A DNA stretch of 64,000 nt from Lama glama. Taxonomy: Eukaryota. Below are positions 50,495-63,575 of this stretch, in pieces. Numbering within the stretch: the first letter of the stretch is position 1; each line of letters opens with the position of its first letter. Location of the stretch: assembly GCA_028534125.1 (NCBI GenBank), contig CM052823.1:62682001-62746000 (forward strand), read 5' to 3'. A program made the position numbers and the translations under genes. Under the pieces are notes generated by a model that was not told the DNA's origin, ran no database searches, and saw nothing but the letters and a program-made list of their open reading frames with translations.

Positions 50495-51468
50495 CTAAGG
50501 AAGAAGAGGAGGAGAGAGCAAGGGAGAAAGAGGCCACCCAGCATGGAGCAGAGGTTGCAGTGCACACTAACGGCCGGGAGAGGGCAGCAAACACAAAACC
50601 TGGGTCACATCGCTGTTCTCCGAGGGGGCTGCCCGCCCAGGTTAAGAGCTGCTCTATCTGCTGTCCTTCCTTCCCACACTCCTTACTGACTGTGAATATG
50701 GCTTAAGTCAGAAAATTGGTTCACAGGCTCAGTGGGGACCACGTACATTCAAGTGCTTTTCTTAGGCTAGAATGGAGAAAAACTCCAGCGAGGGGCATTT
50801 TACAAAAAGGTTGCTGGCCTGAGGCTGCATCTGATACATAGGAGACCCGAGATTTCAAATTTCACGTGCACAGAACGTATGTATTTGCGTCTCGCACAGA
50901 TTCATTTGGTTTATGTTCAGAGCAGTGGGTGAGGCATATGTGTGTGCTGACTTTCGAGCAGTGGTGATGGATTTACACTGTTTGTCCACTGTTGTTCTTG
51001 GCCACTCTGCCTCGCAGCCAGGAAAAGCACCGGCCGGTTGGCTGGTGGGACAGGCATGCAGCCTGCAGCCAGCCTGCCGAGAAGGGACTGGACCCATGAC
51101 CTTGGTCTCGTTAGCCCTGCTCCCTGGTCAGCTGAATGGGCTGGGAGGCGCCGTGTCCCCAGACTACATCCACCACCTCAGGCAGCATGTCAGACTCTGA
51201 GCCACCAGTCCCCAGAGAGAGGAGGTAAAACCGGATGACTATGTCGACAGTAATCTGGCACCAGTGCTGGTTCGTAGCAACTTCTCCACTTAGGCTGGAG
51301 GGCAGAGACGTAGTATTATTATCCTCCCCGTTTTTAGATCAGGCAGGGTTCCTTCTTAGATTTAAAAATACCATAGGATGTACATGGCCTCCTTCCCTTT
51401 ACCACCCAAGTGGTCAGCAGGGGGAGTGTAACCTCTGAGCTCGATGCACAAGTTACAAGGCGACATAC

Positions 51469-51598
51469 CTAGGCCAACACTGCTATTCTCCAGCAGGTAA
51501 CTTAGATGCTCAAACATGGCCTTCTGGTTTTGTCGGCTAATTCGGCAGAAATAGCACAGGAAGCGGCAACAGCTAGCAACCATCTTTGGAAAGGCGAT
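51469..51598 (-). CDS. RYR3: RYR3 exon 3/24, 130 bp: [43 protein letters not shown]
   Basis: ctccag|ATC acceptor, G|gtatgt donor. Confidence 0.96.
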
Positions 51599-53106
51599 CT
51601 GGAGAGAGAAGCAGAAAGTGCCAAGGAATCTAGCACACGACCTTTCTAAGACTTCAAAGAGCCTTAGGCTGAAGTCTTGAAAGCTGTGGACGGTTTGGAA
51701 AAGGAATCTCTCCTTACTTCCAAGACTTATTCCCAGGAGGGACAGAGAGGGCATACCTAAGAGAGGCTTCTAAAAATACTGAGAGCTAATTATAGTTCCT
51801 GAAATGTCTTCCTTTCGAAGAAAACAGATGTCAAACCAGAATCCCTGTCACCCTTAGATGTCACATGAAATTGCACAACCCTACACTGAACTACTGTTTC
51901 TAACTAGGAAGGGAATGGACAGAAAGGGGGATGGGTGATTGCAGACAAGTAAGGTCTAATACTATGTCAAACCTGAGTCCTCTGGGTAAAGGTTGGTCCC
52001 TGCACCTTGGAAGCCTCAAGAGCATCACCCTCTCAGACCAAGAGCCTTCCCCAGCTACTTCTGCCCTTGGTAACTACTCTCCCATGGGCTCCTGTAGCAC
52101 CTGGTTACAACTGAGCACTGAGATGCCATCTCGTATTACCACTGATAGCGCCTGGCGTCTCTGCTTCACACAGTAATTAGCATCGCCAGGGTCTGGCCAC
52201 GTCTTATGTTTGATCCAGTCACACTCAAGAAGTGGTGTCAGTATTAACCTCGACTCAGGATCCTAGAAAGCCCTCGATTTCTGGCTTTAGAACCATGGAG
52301 AGTGCTCTAGAAAGGAAGGTTCTGACAGCTACAGTCTGCCTGCTCGCTGAGGCAGCCAGGCTTTGCTCAGGGGTCTTTTGGAGAGAGTCCACTTTCCCAA
52401 GAGATGGGAGAGAAGCAAGTGAGGAAGAAGGGGAGCTTGGCTCCTGTTCTCCTTTACAAAACAACCCCTGCCTGTCAATACTGGTAGGACGACTTTCGCA
52501 GGACCCTGGCACTCTGGTGTCTCCGATGTCATCCACTGTCTTCCCCCACCCGCTGTCTTCAGAAGCTATCTAACTCTGAGGAGGACCCAGACAAGCTGGG
52601 ATAAGTGCCCTGGTGGGCCCTATCCACACTCTCTTCCCCTCCCAGCAGGAGCTCCCCTGATGGTAGGCTCCTTATGGGGGATGAAGAGGGGGTGGGGAGC
52701 TGGCCAAAAAACCCAACATCATCGGGAGCCTGGCTCACAGAGGAACGCACACTCCAGTGGGAACACTGCCAGGATCGTTATTACAATCGTGTTCCCTTTC
52801 ACAACTTTTCCTGACACAGTACAGAACGTGCCGGGCTCCTACGTGAGCCCAGAGGAATTCCATCTTACAAGAAGCGGGGCTGCAGAGTCCGGGAAGGAGA
52901 CTGAGCAGCAGCGCAGCCCGGTGGAATGAGCGAGAAGAGCTCTCACACAGGCTGGACCCTACCTCTCGGCTCCTTCCTGGCTCGGTGCATGTCCCTCCTT
53001 CCCCCTGGGAGGAGTCGCTGAGGCAATGGGCATCGGCCACATGGCTGTGAACAGGTCACTTCACGTACCCTCGCCCAGTGGTCAAGCTCTGGTTAAATCC
53101 TCATCA

Positions 53107-53268
<162 letters not shown>

Positions 53269-54795
53269 TCAGTGCTATGAAATTCAGATACAAGAACATG
53301 CAAACACACAAAACGCCCGGGGGTGACGTAACACACGTGTGACGTGCTGGAAGGATAACTCAGAAGGCACTAGGTAGGCTGGAATACACATGGAGGGGCT
53401 TTTTTAGCTGGTAGGAATATTTTGTGCTCTCTTATTTCTACTAAGACTTTCTTTCTTTGAAATATATCCTTCTAGTGACATATTAATCAGTTGCCCCTTG
53501 GTCTTTTTGCTGGTGATAGTTTTGAGACAGCTCAAATCACTGGATTTTTTTCTTCTCTTGTCCTTGTATCTATCTCTCTATGGACTTCAGTTTTCCAACT
53601 GATAGGGCTGTACCTTTTTCTTAAGGCAACTGTATATTAGGTACCGATGACTGTTTTGGATGGTTAGTCCTCAAAAACCAATGAAATTATCAACAGTGAA
53701 ACAGAAAAGAATTGTTTTTAAAGTCATTCAGATTCAACCAGTAAAGCTGCAGGCAAATCAAAATGCAAAAGCAGCCTGTGAGCTGGCTGGGTGGTCCCTT
53801 GCGGTGGTGACTCTCTGCTCATCACTCCCCCTCCACCACCCCCTCCGCTACAGGCGTTAAGAGGAGACATGACCAGTTTTTAATGCAGCTGTGTCTACTG
53901 CCAGGGCCGGGGGAGGGGCTGATTCTGTAGCTCTTTTCTCTTCCCAAAAAAGTCTCTTCATGTCTATTATAAGATTCTTCTTTGGAAATGAACTTCAAGA
54001 ATGCCTGCATCTCCCTGAACCCCACCCGGGTGTCCTCAGCATCCCTGTTCTGGGCTTCATTGATGCTTTTTTGGTTTGTGGGCTCAAGGGTGGTAGGACG
54101 GAGCACTGAGCAGCAGGAAGAATGCAGTTCTAGTGCTTGATTTCAATGGAGTAAAACTGTGGGCTGGTCAGGGAACCTTTCTGGGCTTCGGTTTTCTCCC
54201 CGGCAAAAATGGAACGACACTACCTAATTAAAGGACATCTTTCTGATGTGTAAAGTGTAATTTTTCTGCGGTAAGACTTCTAAGGAAGAGCCACGAGCTA
54301 CTGTCATGGGGAAGAGTGCCTCGAAGAAGTGACAAAAATGACTCTATGTTAGTCCCATGAAAAGGGAGAAATCAGGCCATAACTTTTTAGAGGGAAGTCT
54401 CGGAAAATTTCCAGTCAAAAGCTCAGGTGCTCAAAAGGTTTCTCTCCTGTTCTCTTGTTGGGCTGAACACACTGCCCCTTCCTCTGATTTTTTTCGTTGC
54501 CTCCCTGGGGCTATTTTTTTTAAAAAAATCAGATTCTAGGTAAATATCTGCTTTTCTCCAAGACCTCCCCCTACTCTTCTGGCCACGCCCTGTCACCCTG
54601 AGTAGCCCGTAGTCTGGTCTCTCAGGGTACTGAAGGTGAGTGATTTAGCCAGGATATAGTCCCGCGAGGGGTGAAGTCAGGACAGGGGCACGCGGAGGTT
54701 TTATATGCTACGAATCCGGAACAGCCATGCAGCAAGGTGGTCCAGCTTCCCCCTCGAGGCTCCTCTGGGGACTTGCACTTGATGCGACGACCTAC

Positions 54796-55069
54796 CCCAG
54801 ACCGTTGATCATGAGCAGCTCCTCCTCCTTGCCCATCCGGACGCTGAGCAGGCAGCGAATCTGGCCCAGGGCAGCTAGCAGGCCGATGGTGTCGCTCACA
54901 GAGGCCTGGCTGATGGTGTAGGTCTTCCGCAGTGCCTGTAGCAGCTCCCCGATGCTGTCGTACTGCCTCCGCAGGAGCGTGAACATCATCCGGACCAGCT
55001 CCGCGTCCTGGATCTGGTCCTCTTGCGCCCAGCGGATCATGGTCTGGGAGACGAGCTCCTTCAGCGTCG
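54796..55069 (-). CDS. RYR3: RYR3 coding exon 1 of 24 in window, 274 bp: (T)[18 protein letters not shown]...EELLMINGL(G)
   Basis: Acceptor cttccag|CG, donor GG|gtaggt; contained in ORF 54792..55163. Confidence 0.96.
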
Positions 55070-57899
55070 CTGGAAGGACGACACGACACAAAGGACCAGA
55101 GTTGTGGCTGTCGGGGCTCAGGAGCGCTGTGGACCTCTGCCACCTCACTCCATGGTGACACAATCATCAGCTGGGCAAGGTTAAAAATTCTTTTTTTAAG
55201 AGGTGGGTATGGCACACAGAGAAGTAGACTATATCACCAAAAGGCAAATGTGTGAGCTGGGTTATGAGAAAAGGACAGCTCCACTTTGAATTGAAGATGC
55301 TAAATATTCTATTTTGATCAAGTGACGTTTGAAATGAGGCTGGACTTAGAAGACAGAGTAAGACACCATTCTTGCCCTCAGGGCGCTCACAAGTTGGTTC
55401 TTTACGTTTTCATTTTGACTTAAAAGGTAAAATTTATCTTTATTTTAAAACACAGTGTAATCCATACTAACGTGGGGGTACGTGCTAGTGCCATGGGATA
55501 GAGTGGGAGCGAGTGACTCTGGGTGGGTGAAGGCACCAGAAGACAACACTGGTCGCTGGCTCCTTAAAGCAGCATCAAGTGCTGGGATTTCTCTACGGTA
55601 GGGACTGTTCTCCAGGTATTTTAAAGATACCATATACCACCAACTGAGGAAGCCATACCACTGATTCCAGAATTTGAAAACATATTTTGGATGACAGAAA
55701 CATAAAAATACATTAAAGGATGGAGAGAAGTGGACCGAGAAAACGCTACTAGTTGGACATCTGACCATCACCCACTGTCCTGCCTGTGCTGCCCTAGATC
55801 CGTGGCAGGAGCCAGTGATACTGTGTCAGAGGCTGCTTTCACAAGCATGTGGAGAGGGACCAGCATGACTCTGAACTTAGGATTTATCAGGGCTCATGCT
55901 GGTTGCACAGAAATATGACTGGCTGTACAAGTACAGAAAAGACGGCTGAAGTGGGACTCAAACCAGCTCTGGGACCCTCAGAGGTTGGATGGACTGAATG
56001 GCCCCTGAGAGGTGCTGATTGGCATCGGTGTGGGAGGATGACCAAAAGGGAGAGGCTGATCTGAGCAGGAGGACTGAGTGGAAGAGGACCCTGCCAGTGT
56101 CCAGGAGGGCACTGCTCACCCCTCTCCACCTCATACACGTTTCTAGAATATGTCATGACAGAGGCGAGAAATGCTGCTCTGATATCCTAACTGCATCCAA
56201 GTCCAGCTCTGTCCACCACACTCCTGCACGGTATGTGATGGAACCGAGATCCTTAATTCAGACCCAGTGATGACGGCAGAGCTCAGGGGCCGATGAAGGT
56301 CACACAGTCCATCAGTGGGAATAAACCCGGCTGGGTGCCTTCGGGAGCCTGTGCTCCATCTTTAATGGTCTCACTTTCTACCTTGTGTCACTAAAGATGC
56401 AGATGTCTGCTCCACAGACGGTCTTGGCTCGTCATAAGGATATAAAAATAGACCTTCGCTGCCAAAGCTCCAGAAGAGATCTAGGTGTGAAGGATTAATT
56501 TTACTCACTGCTGTGTCTACCAACCCTGAGGGTGTTTTAGGTTCAGACGGGACACATAAGTTAAAGAACTTAAAAAAAAAAAAGATACCCAGGGCAGAGA
56601 GAAGCACAGTGAAAAGATGTTCCTGAGAGATCTCACCAGGCAGGGACTGCTGAGTGATACGTGTTAGGGAGGTAGTATCTGTTCCCTCTGGGGGAGAAAG
56701 GTTATTTATGGTCTAAGTCTGGGCCCCTCCCAGGAAGTTGCTTCCTTAGCAGCCAAATGTAAAAGTTCCTGTTTCTCCCAGTTAACAGTCACACCAAGGA
56801 ATGAAGCGGCACAAAACCACAGACACACTTGGCTCCGATGTAAGTTTACCTAGTCCTGTAGGCACAGTTCCCCCTTGAGCCTGTGTTTGGCCTGAAAGAA
56901 TTACAGCGCTCAGCACACGACCGAATTCTCTGCAGAGATAACGCACAGGCCGCACGAAGGGCGGCAGCCGCAGCTGTTAATCAGCGCAAAGACCATCCTC
57001 TTTCCAACAGGGAATTTTACGGCATCATGATGAAACCAAGCAAATATTAGCTTTCCCTTAACCTGGCTTTCAGATTAATTCGGGATTTGGGTGAGCTCTT
57101 TAACACATATTGACTTATCAATCCAAATCAGCACCTATAGCCTAGAGAATGGAACACTCCCAGCAAGACAGCTCACTGGAGGGCAAACGCGACAGGCAAA
57201 CAGCCCTTCCACCTGCAAGGGTGGCGCAGGAAACGCCGCGTGGGGTTCTTTGTCCAGGCCTTCAAGGTAAGTACGAGACAATGGATACACAATGACCTGC
57301 GTGTGACCAAGCACCCCTCAGTGACAAAAAATGCGGCCCCAAGAACCTGGCAGAGAAAGCAACTCAGCACATTGGGTGTCGATGGGCAGCTGTAAGTCAG
57401 CAGAAGGCGCGAGGTTTAAGGCTGTTCATGTTGGACGGGGTTTCAAACTGTGAGACCAAGTTCCAGAAGGTGAGAGAAAGAATATAATGAGAAGAAAGGA
57501 AACTGAGGGGTGGGGGGGACAGTCTCAAGACTCCTGAGAAGCATGGCATATCTTCTGGCCTGACATATGCTAGAGACCTAGCACCCACCAAGCAAACCTA
57601 GGCTGGATCATGAATTTTTAAAGGTCTCAACACTTCTGGGACTGAGAAAATGGAGCTTTATACCCCTGGCAGCAATGCTGTTGCAAATTCCTCAGATTTT
57701 AATTAGCTCCCATGAACGAGCAGCAGAGCAGCATAAACAAACGAGGGCAGAGAGGTTAAAACAAACACACTTTCTAGAATGCAGTAGGCTCTCCACATAT
57801 GTGTACATCTGAGGATTAAAATAATTAATGCATATAACAATGTCTGGCACATAGCGTGGGCTTAATAAAGGGTAACTTTTTACGCTATGCATACTGGTA

Positions 57900-60062
57900 G
57901 CTATAAGAGTGTGGTCCACAGATCCCTGGGGTCTCCAAGACCCTTCAGGCAGTCTGCAAGGCCTGTTGTCTTTTCATAATAATTCCAAGATGTTCTTTGC
58001 CTTTTGCATTGTGGGGAGAGCTGCACTGATGGTGCAAAAGCAACAGTGGGTAACACTGCTGGGGCCTGAGCGTCAATCAAGTCAGCAGCACTGAGTGCTA
58101 TGCTTTCCTGCCACAAACCCAGTGCATTGCCCAGCGTCACAGGACAATCTCCCGAGCAAAATACAAAAATTATTAACTTTGTTAACAATAAACTCTTGAG
58201 TTAACATCTTCTTAATATCCTGCGTGACAAAATGGGAACCGTGCCTAAAGCACTTCTGATGTACATCAAAGGTCAGTGGTTTTCCGGAAGAGAAACACGT
58301 GTGTGATGGTTGTGACTGTTGTGAGCTAGACTAGCTGCTTATCTCGTGGAGTGACACTTTCATGAAAAGAGTGATACACAGACTGTGGTTAATCACACTT
58401 GAGTAACCGACAGACACTTTCTTAAGAATGAAAGAAGCCTGTCACGTCAAGGAAAACAGCTCATGGTGTCTGATGCCAAGTTTAAAATTTGAGCTTTCAA
58501 GTGCAAGCTCGAATTTGAGAAACTGTTTATCTGCCACTGTGAATTTGACAGCTTCCCAATACTTAACTTTTCTGATTAAACTGTTGATATTAACGAACGT
58601 GATTTTAAAAACATTTTGTAGTAAGGTGGGCCAACATTTGAAAGCGCTACATAATTCGGTGAGCTAGTAATTTCCTGGTGAACAATGCATGATGTTACAA
58701 AAACATCATGGGTAAAAGAACCCATTTAACGTGCCGACAGATCCATGGATTATTAAATGACCAAATACAAAAATGTCTTTAATACGATTTCAGATTCGAC
58801 ACAGCAGTTAACTTTTGAGGAACTCGCTGAGTTTTGTCACCATATCAAAGAGCATCCACAATTATCTGGAAAGGCTACTAAAATACTCCTCCCCTTTCCA
58901 ACTGTATTATCTGTTTGAAGCCAACTTTCTTCCTATTCTTTAACTAGATACAAGATTCTGTCTGTCTTCTAAGTCAGACAGAAGAGATTTACAAAAATGC
59001 AAAGCAGTGTCACTCATCTTTTTTTTAATTTTGAAAAATTTAGTTGTTTCTCATAGAAGTATGATATTTAGGTAACATGTAATGGGGTTTATTTTTATGA
59101 TTTACTTATTCACTTACTGAAATACAGCTGATTTATAATATATTCGTTTCAAGTGTACAACATAGCAGTTCAATATTTTTTGTAGATTATACTCCATTTA
59201 AGGTTATTATAAAATACTGGGTACATTCCCTGTGCTGTACAATATATCCTTGCAGCTTAATTTATACATAGTAGATTGTACCTCGTAACCTCCTACCTCT
59301 ATCTTGACCTTCCTCTCCAGTAGTAACCACTAATTTGTTCTCTATGAGTCTGCTTCTTTTCTGTGTTATTCACTCATTTGTTTTAGTTTTTAGATTCCAC
59401 ATGTAAGTGATAATATACAGTATTTGTCTTTCTCTGATTTATTTCACNNNNNNNNNNNNNNNNNNNNNNNNNNNNNNNNNNNNNNNNNNNNNNNNNNNNN
59501 NNNNNNNNNNNNNNNNNNNNNNNNNNNNNNNNNNNNNNNNNNNNNNNNNNNNNNNNNNNNNNNNNNNNNNNNNNNNNNNNNNNTGTCTCCTCACTGGAAT
59601 ACAAGCTCCATGAAGGCAGGGTGCTTGGGTAGGCGCTCAAATAGATAACATGCTGAGCGAGTGAAGGAACCTTTGGAATCAGTCAGGAACGCGCGCACCC
59701 TCTGGGACGCATGCGCAAACACGCTCAGTCGCCCGGGACGCTGCCAAGGACATTCTCAGACGCGTGCACGCAGGCACATGCCTACACCCAGGCCCGCACA
59801 TCGCCACAAGACACAAGCCCACAGCCCTCCTCGCTCCCGCACAAGGCGCTTTCAGACTCGCACCCAGCAGTCCAGATTCCTGGGTATATTATTTTTAAAT
59901 AAATTGACAAATATTTAAAAAATTTCTGTTTTAACTTTGAATTCAGCTTTAAATGTGTAGTGCGATAGATATAATCCACATAAACTAAAGCATCTTGGGA
60001 TCCTTGGTAATTTTTAAGAGCACAAAGGGGTCTCCAAGACCAAAAAGTTAGAGAATCACCGA
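57900..60062. mobile_element. hAT-Charlie DNA transposon (Charlie1a-like), interrupted at about 59098-59880
   Basis: Termini gtgtggtccacagatccctggggtctccaagacc and aaggggtctccaagaccaaaaagttagagaatcac; internal sequence resembles recalled Charlie1 consensus. Confidence 0.75.
59100..59447 (-). mobile_element. LINE-1 3'UTR fragment, running into a gap; sits inside the Charlie1 element
   Basis: ttccctgtgctgtacaatatatcc...tagattccacatgtaagtga L1 3'UTR signature. Confidence 0.82.
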
Positions 60063-60789
60063 TCTCTGTAAAAGGGCCTACATGAGGTGATGGCCGTGAC
60101 CAGACAGCAAAGTTTTCCCTCTGGCTAAGATGAAGCCCTGCTCCATTAGGCTGTGTGATTCTAATCAAGTGGCTGAGACCTGAGCCTTGAAAACTACAGC
60201 TTAGGAAGCTTTCTCTGTTTGTTTCTGGATGGGAGGTAGATTAACTGTGATTATAAGAAGAGTCAGACAGCTCCCATTGAGCAATAAAGTGAAGATTAAA
60301 GAATCATTATTGCGAAAATTGAATCCTGGCAGTCAGCACGGGGCCCGGCCACTACTCATTCATCACCAACGGGCTCCCTGCCAGCCTGAAGGGCCCTAAA
60401 TGCTTCCCTCCTCCATTTGGGTTGAGGATCAGTCACCTTCAGTCAGAGCAAGGAGGGAGCCGGTATCTTTCACTGCTCGGCTTTCTGCAGCCAGTATGAT
60501 GGGGCACAGAGGGAAAAGGGGAGCTGCGGGCTGCAGAGAGAGGGACTAATCCTCTGCCCCCAACATGAGCTGACCTGTCAGCAATGACTTTACTCTCATG
60601 AACACCGGAAACCAGGGCTGCCAACTCCAGAGGGCTTTGCCCTGGAGGCCACGTGTGTCTAGTCCTGGGGATACACCCCTCTCCCTGTTTCTGCCTGTCT
60701 TCCTCTTGTGACAGCTCAGTGACTTCCAGTTGGTGTCACTCCTAAAGTAGTTTATTAATTCAACGATAATTTCTGTTAAGTGCCCAATA

Positions 60790-60955
60790 TTTTTTTATTT
60801 AAAAAGAACTGAAGTATAGTCAGTTACAATGTGTCAATTTCTGGTGTATAGCACAATGTCCTGGTCATGTATATATATACATATATTTTCATACTCTTTT
60901 TCATTAAAGGTTATTACAAGATATTGTATATAGTTCCCTGTGCTATAGAGAAATT
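60790..60955 (-). mobile_element. Short LINE-1 3' terminal fragment
   Basis: Poly(T) followed by gtatagtcagttacaatgtgtcaatttctggtgtatagcac; cccaatatt duplicated on both sides. Confidence 0.8.
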
Positions 60956-63112
60956 TGTTTAAATACCCAATATTGAGGAAAATACTCTATATGAAAATTA
61001 TTTCAAGACACAGTGATCACCCACAGCAGCTAGCTGGGAAAACTAAATACACACATGTGAAGAAATAAACCGTAAAAGAATCGGTAAAACTGTGTTGCCC
61101 AAGACATTTAGAAAGATAAGACGATTCACATGAAGGTACAACTTCTATTGTAAGACCAACATGGACATATTGGACCGTATGTCCAAGAGAAACCAGAGAA
61201 GAGATCAGAGCTTCCTCTTTTACTTTTTCCCCCAATGAGTCCTTTACCTAAAGTTTTTTTGTGTGTGTTTCTAAAACAGGCCCCCATTTCAGGGAGACTA
61301 AAGAAGCAGGTAGGAAGAAGTTCTGTCACGAAGTTAAGAGGGGCCTTCCACGGGAGACACGGCATGAGCTGACACAAAAGACGTTCCAGTGGTTTGGAAT
61401 GACATTTCCTTCAACAGCTGATCCACACAAACAGTGAATGCAGTAAATACTTCTTTTTTTCCCCCTGATATCCATGGGAGAAGGCTGACAATTTTGAAAG
61501 GATTTTCAAACAAAAAAGCAAATGGAAGCAATCCTCCAGATATAGTCAAACCTCCTTCTTAACCAGAGACAGATATATCAAGAACAGTCACCACTAAATA
61601 CTGATTTCATTTCTGCTGTCTTTCTAAAGACATCTTTGGAAACGCTGCCCTTTGATGACTCAAAACCCTTCGGTATTCATCAGAAACACACCTCCCGGAG
61701 GGGGCAAGGCTCTGGGAAAAAGGGAAAGGTGAGGTGGAGAGGTTACTGTCCCATTTGCTGTCACGTACGGCCCCCTCTTAGTTTCCCACACACGCCTAAT
61801 TGCTCCACTCAGACCCTCCAGGTGATGAAACTGCTTCCACAGTCGGTCGCAACTGGAGGACTGATATCCACCGATTTACCCGATTCGAGAAGGCCTTGTC
61901 AAGTGCACTAGATGGTTCGGCTCGTGGGATTTTTAAAAAGTTATAGTGCTCTTTTCAAAAAGGAAAAAAGAAAGCTATGGAACCAAGCACTTGTTTTTCT
62001 GACGAGAAATAAAAATAAGTCCTATGAAGCAGAACGCCTTCAGGAAGCTAGACAGATACGTGTGGTTTCCTTGATGATTATGAATGGCTTCATTTATGAA
62101 ATTATTAACATTCTGACTCACACTCCACTTTTGTAATTAGTGTAATTAGGGATAGTCCCATTTAGGCAATTATATCAAGTATATGATCTAGAAACCACAT
62201 TTTAAATGATTGTTCAGGCTAACCCTGAGTGGAAGCATTTCTAAGGTGCCAGATTGTTCAGGGAGACTTGATGACTGAATCACTCTAACACAGCAGGGGC
62301 TCCCTCACTGCCTGATTTCTGGACTAGTGAGACATTCAACATGAGAAGAAAGGACTAGCGTGTCTTTAAATTAGAGCCAGGTTTAGTACATCAGTTTGGG
62401 AGCCCAGATAGTATTTATTGGTCCATTGTTTATTTCCTTCCACTTGTCACTCTGTAACCTGCTGCTGGACCTCAGAACCCCGAGCCCACCGTTCTGTGCA
62501 CCATGCATGCAAATTCTCTAGGGAGTCACCCATCTTGCTTGGTTTAACTCTTCTCTAAACGGTCTAACTACCAACTCTGCAATGCCAACTACAGTAAGAA
62601 GAAAGGTCATTTATTCTCACAGTGCAGGTTTACATTTTTAGGCTTCAGAGGCCTGGAAAGAATCTTTTCTTTTCATCTCTAAATTTAGACCACAGTCCAA
62701 GTGGCCACCACGCAATGGAGCACAGGCTTATTATCAAAGAACAGACGTTGGCCACTGGCAGAGCAAATCCCTGCAGCTTACAGATTCCAAACCGATGCTG
62801 GTGCGACATTTCTTTGTGTGTGCTCTTGAATCTGGGTCAGTTTGGAAGAAAAAAGTATTCCAATTACATTGAGGAGAGGGAGCAGACAAAACCGCACTGT
62901 ACTTAGCTGAAACTTAGAAAGCAATTTGTAATGCTCACCCCTACAATGGGAAAAGAAAAATAACTATCTGCCTCTAAATTGCATACATTTATTTTTAAAT
63001 TCTAGGTGATTAAAAAGTTGGCTTGTGGTAAATGCTCTGGAGGCATAACAGGTGTGGAATCAAGTCCGAGCAGAAAGAACAAGTGTCCTGCGACCCCTGC
63101 TTTCTTCCTCCC

Positions 63113-63575
63113 TGTGGGAGGCTGAACAATGTGTCCCTCTCTCCCCTCCCGCCAAGATGTTTAGCTCTGAATTCTCAGGACCTGTGAATTTGTTACCCTA
63201 CATGGCAAAGATACTTTGCATCTGTGATTAAGCTAGTGGTCCTGAGATGGGGCGATTAGCCCAGATTATCTGGGTGGGCTTAATGTAATCAAAGGGGTCG
63301 TGTAAAAGGGAGGGGGTAGGGTCAGAATCAGAGGAGGACTTGTGATGACAGAAGCAGAGGTCGGATTGGTACCCCAGCTGGAGGGGCCGCCAGTCAAAAA
63401 ATGCAGGAGGCCTTTGGAAGCTGGGAAGGGCAAGAAATGGATTCTTTCCAGGAGGACTGCAATGCTACCAATCCATTTTCAACCTGTGACCTCTGGAGTT
63501 GGGCAATAATAAATTTATGTTGTTTCAAACCTCTAAACTCGTGGCACTTTGTCCTAGCAGCACCAGGAAACGAAC
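63113..63575 (+). mobile_element. MaLR solo LTR (MLT1C/D-like)
   Basis: acctgtgaatttgttaccctacatggcaaa...gattatctgggtgggcttaatgtaatc...aataaatttatgttgtttcaa...gcagcaccaggaaac. Confidence 0.8.

Noticed and set aside
49738-50706. Overlapping 127-173 aa plus-strand ORFs antisense to an RYR3 exon; also 14162-14668 and 20100-20528
   Set aside because: GC-rich, stop-poor sequence or L2 remnants; no recognisable domain or gene structure.
54622-55215. 197-aa minus-strand ORF overlapping the 274-bp exon in another frame
   Set aside because: Expected by-product of high GC3 codon usage; no evidence of dual coding.
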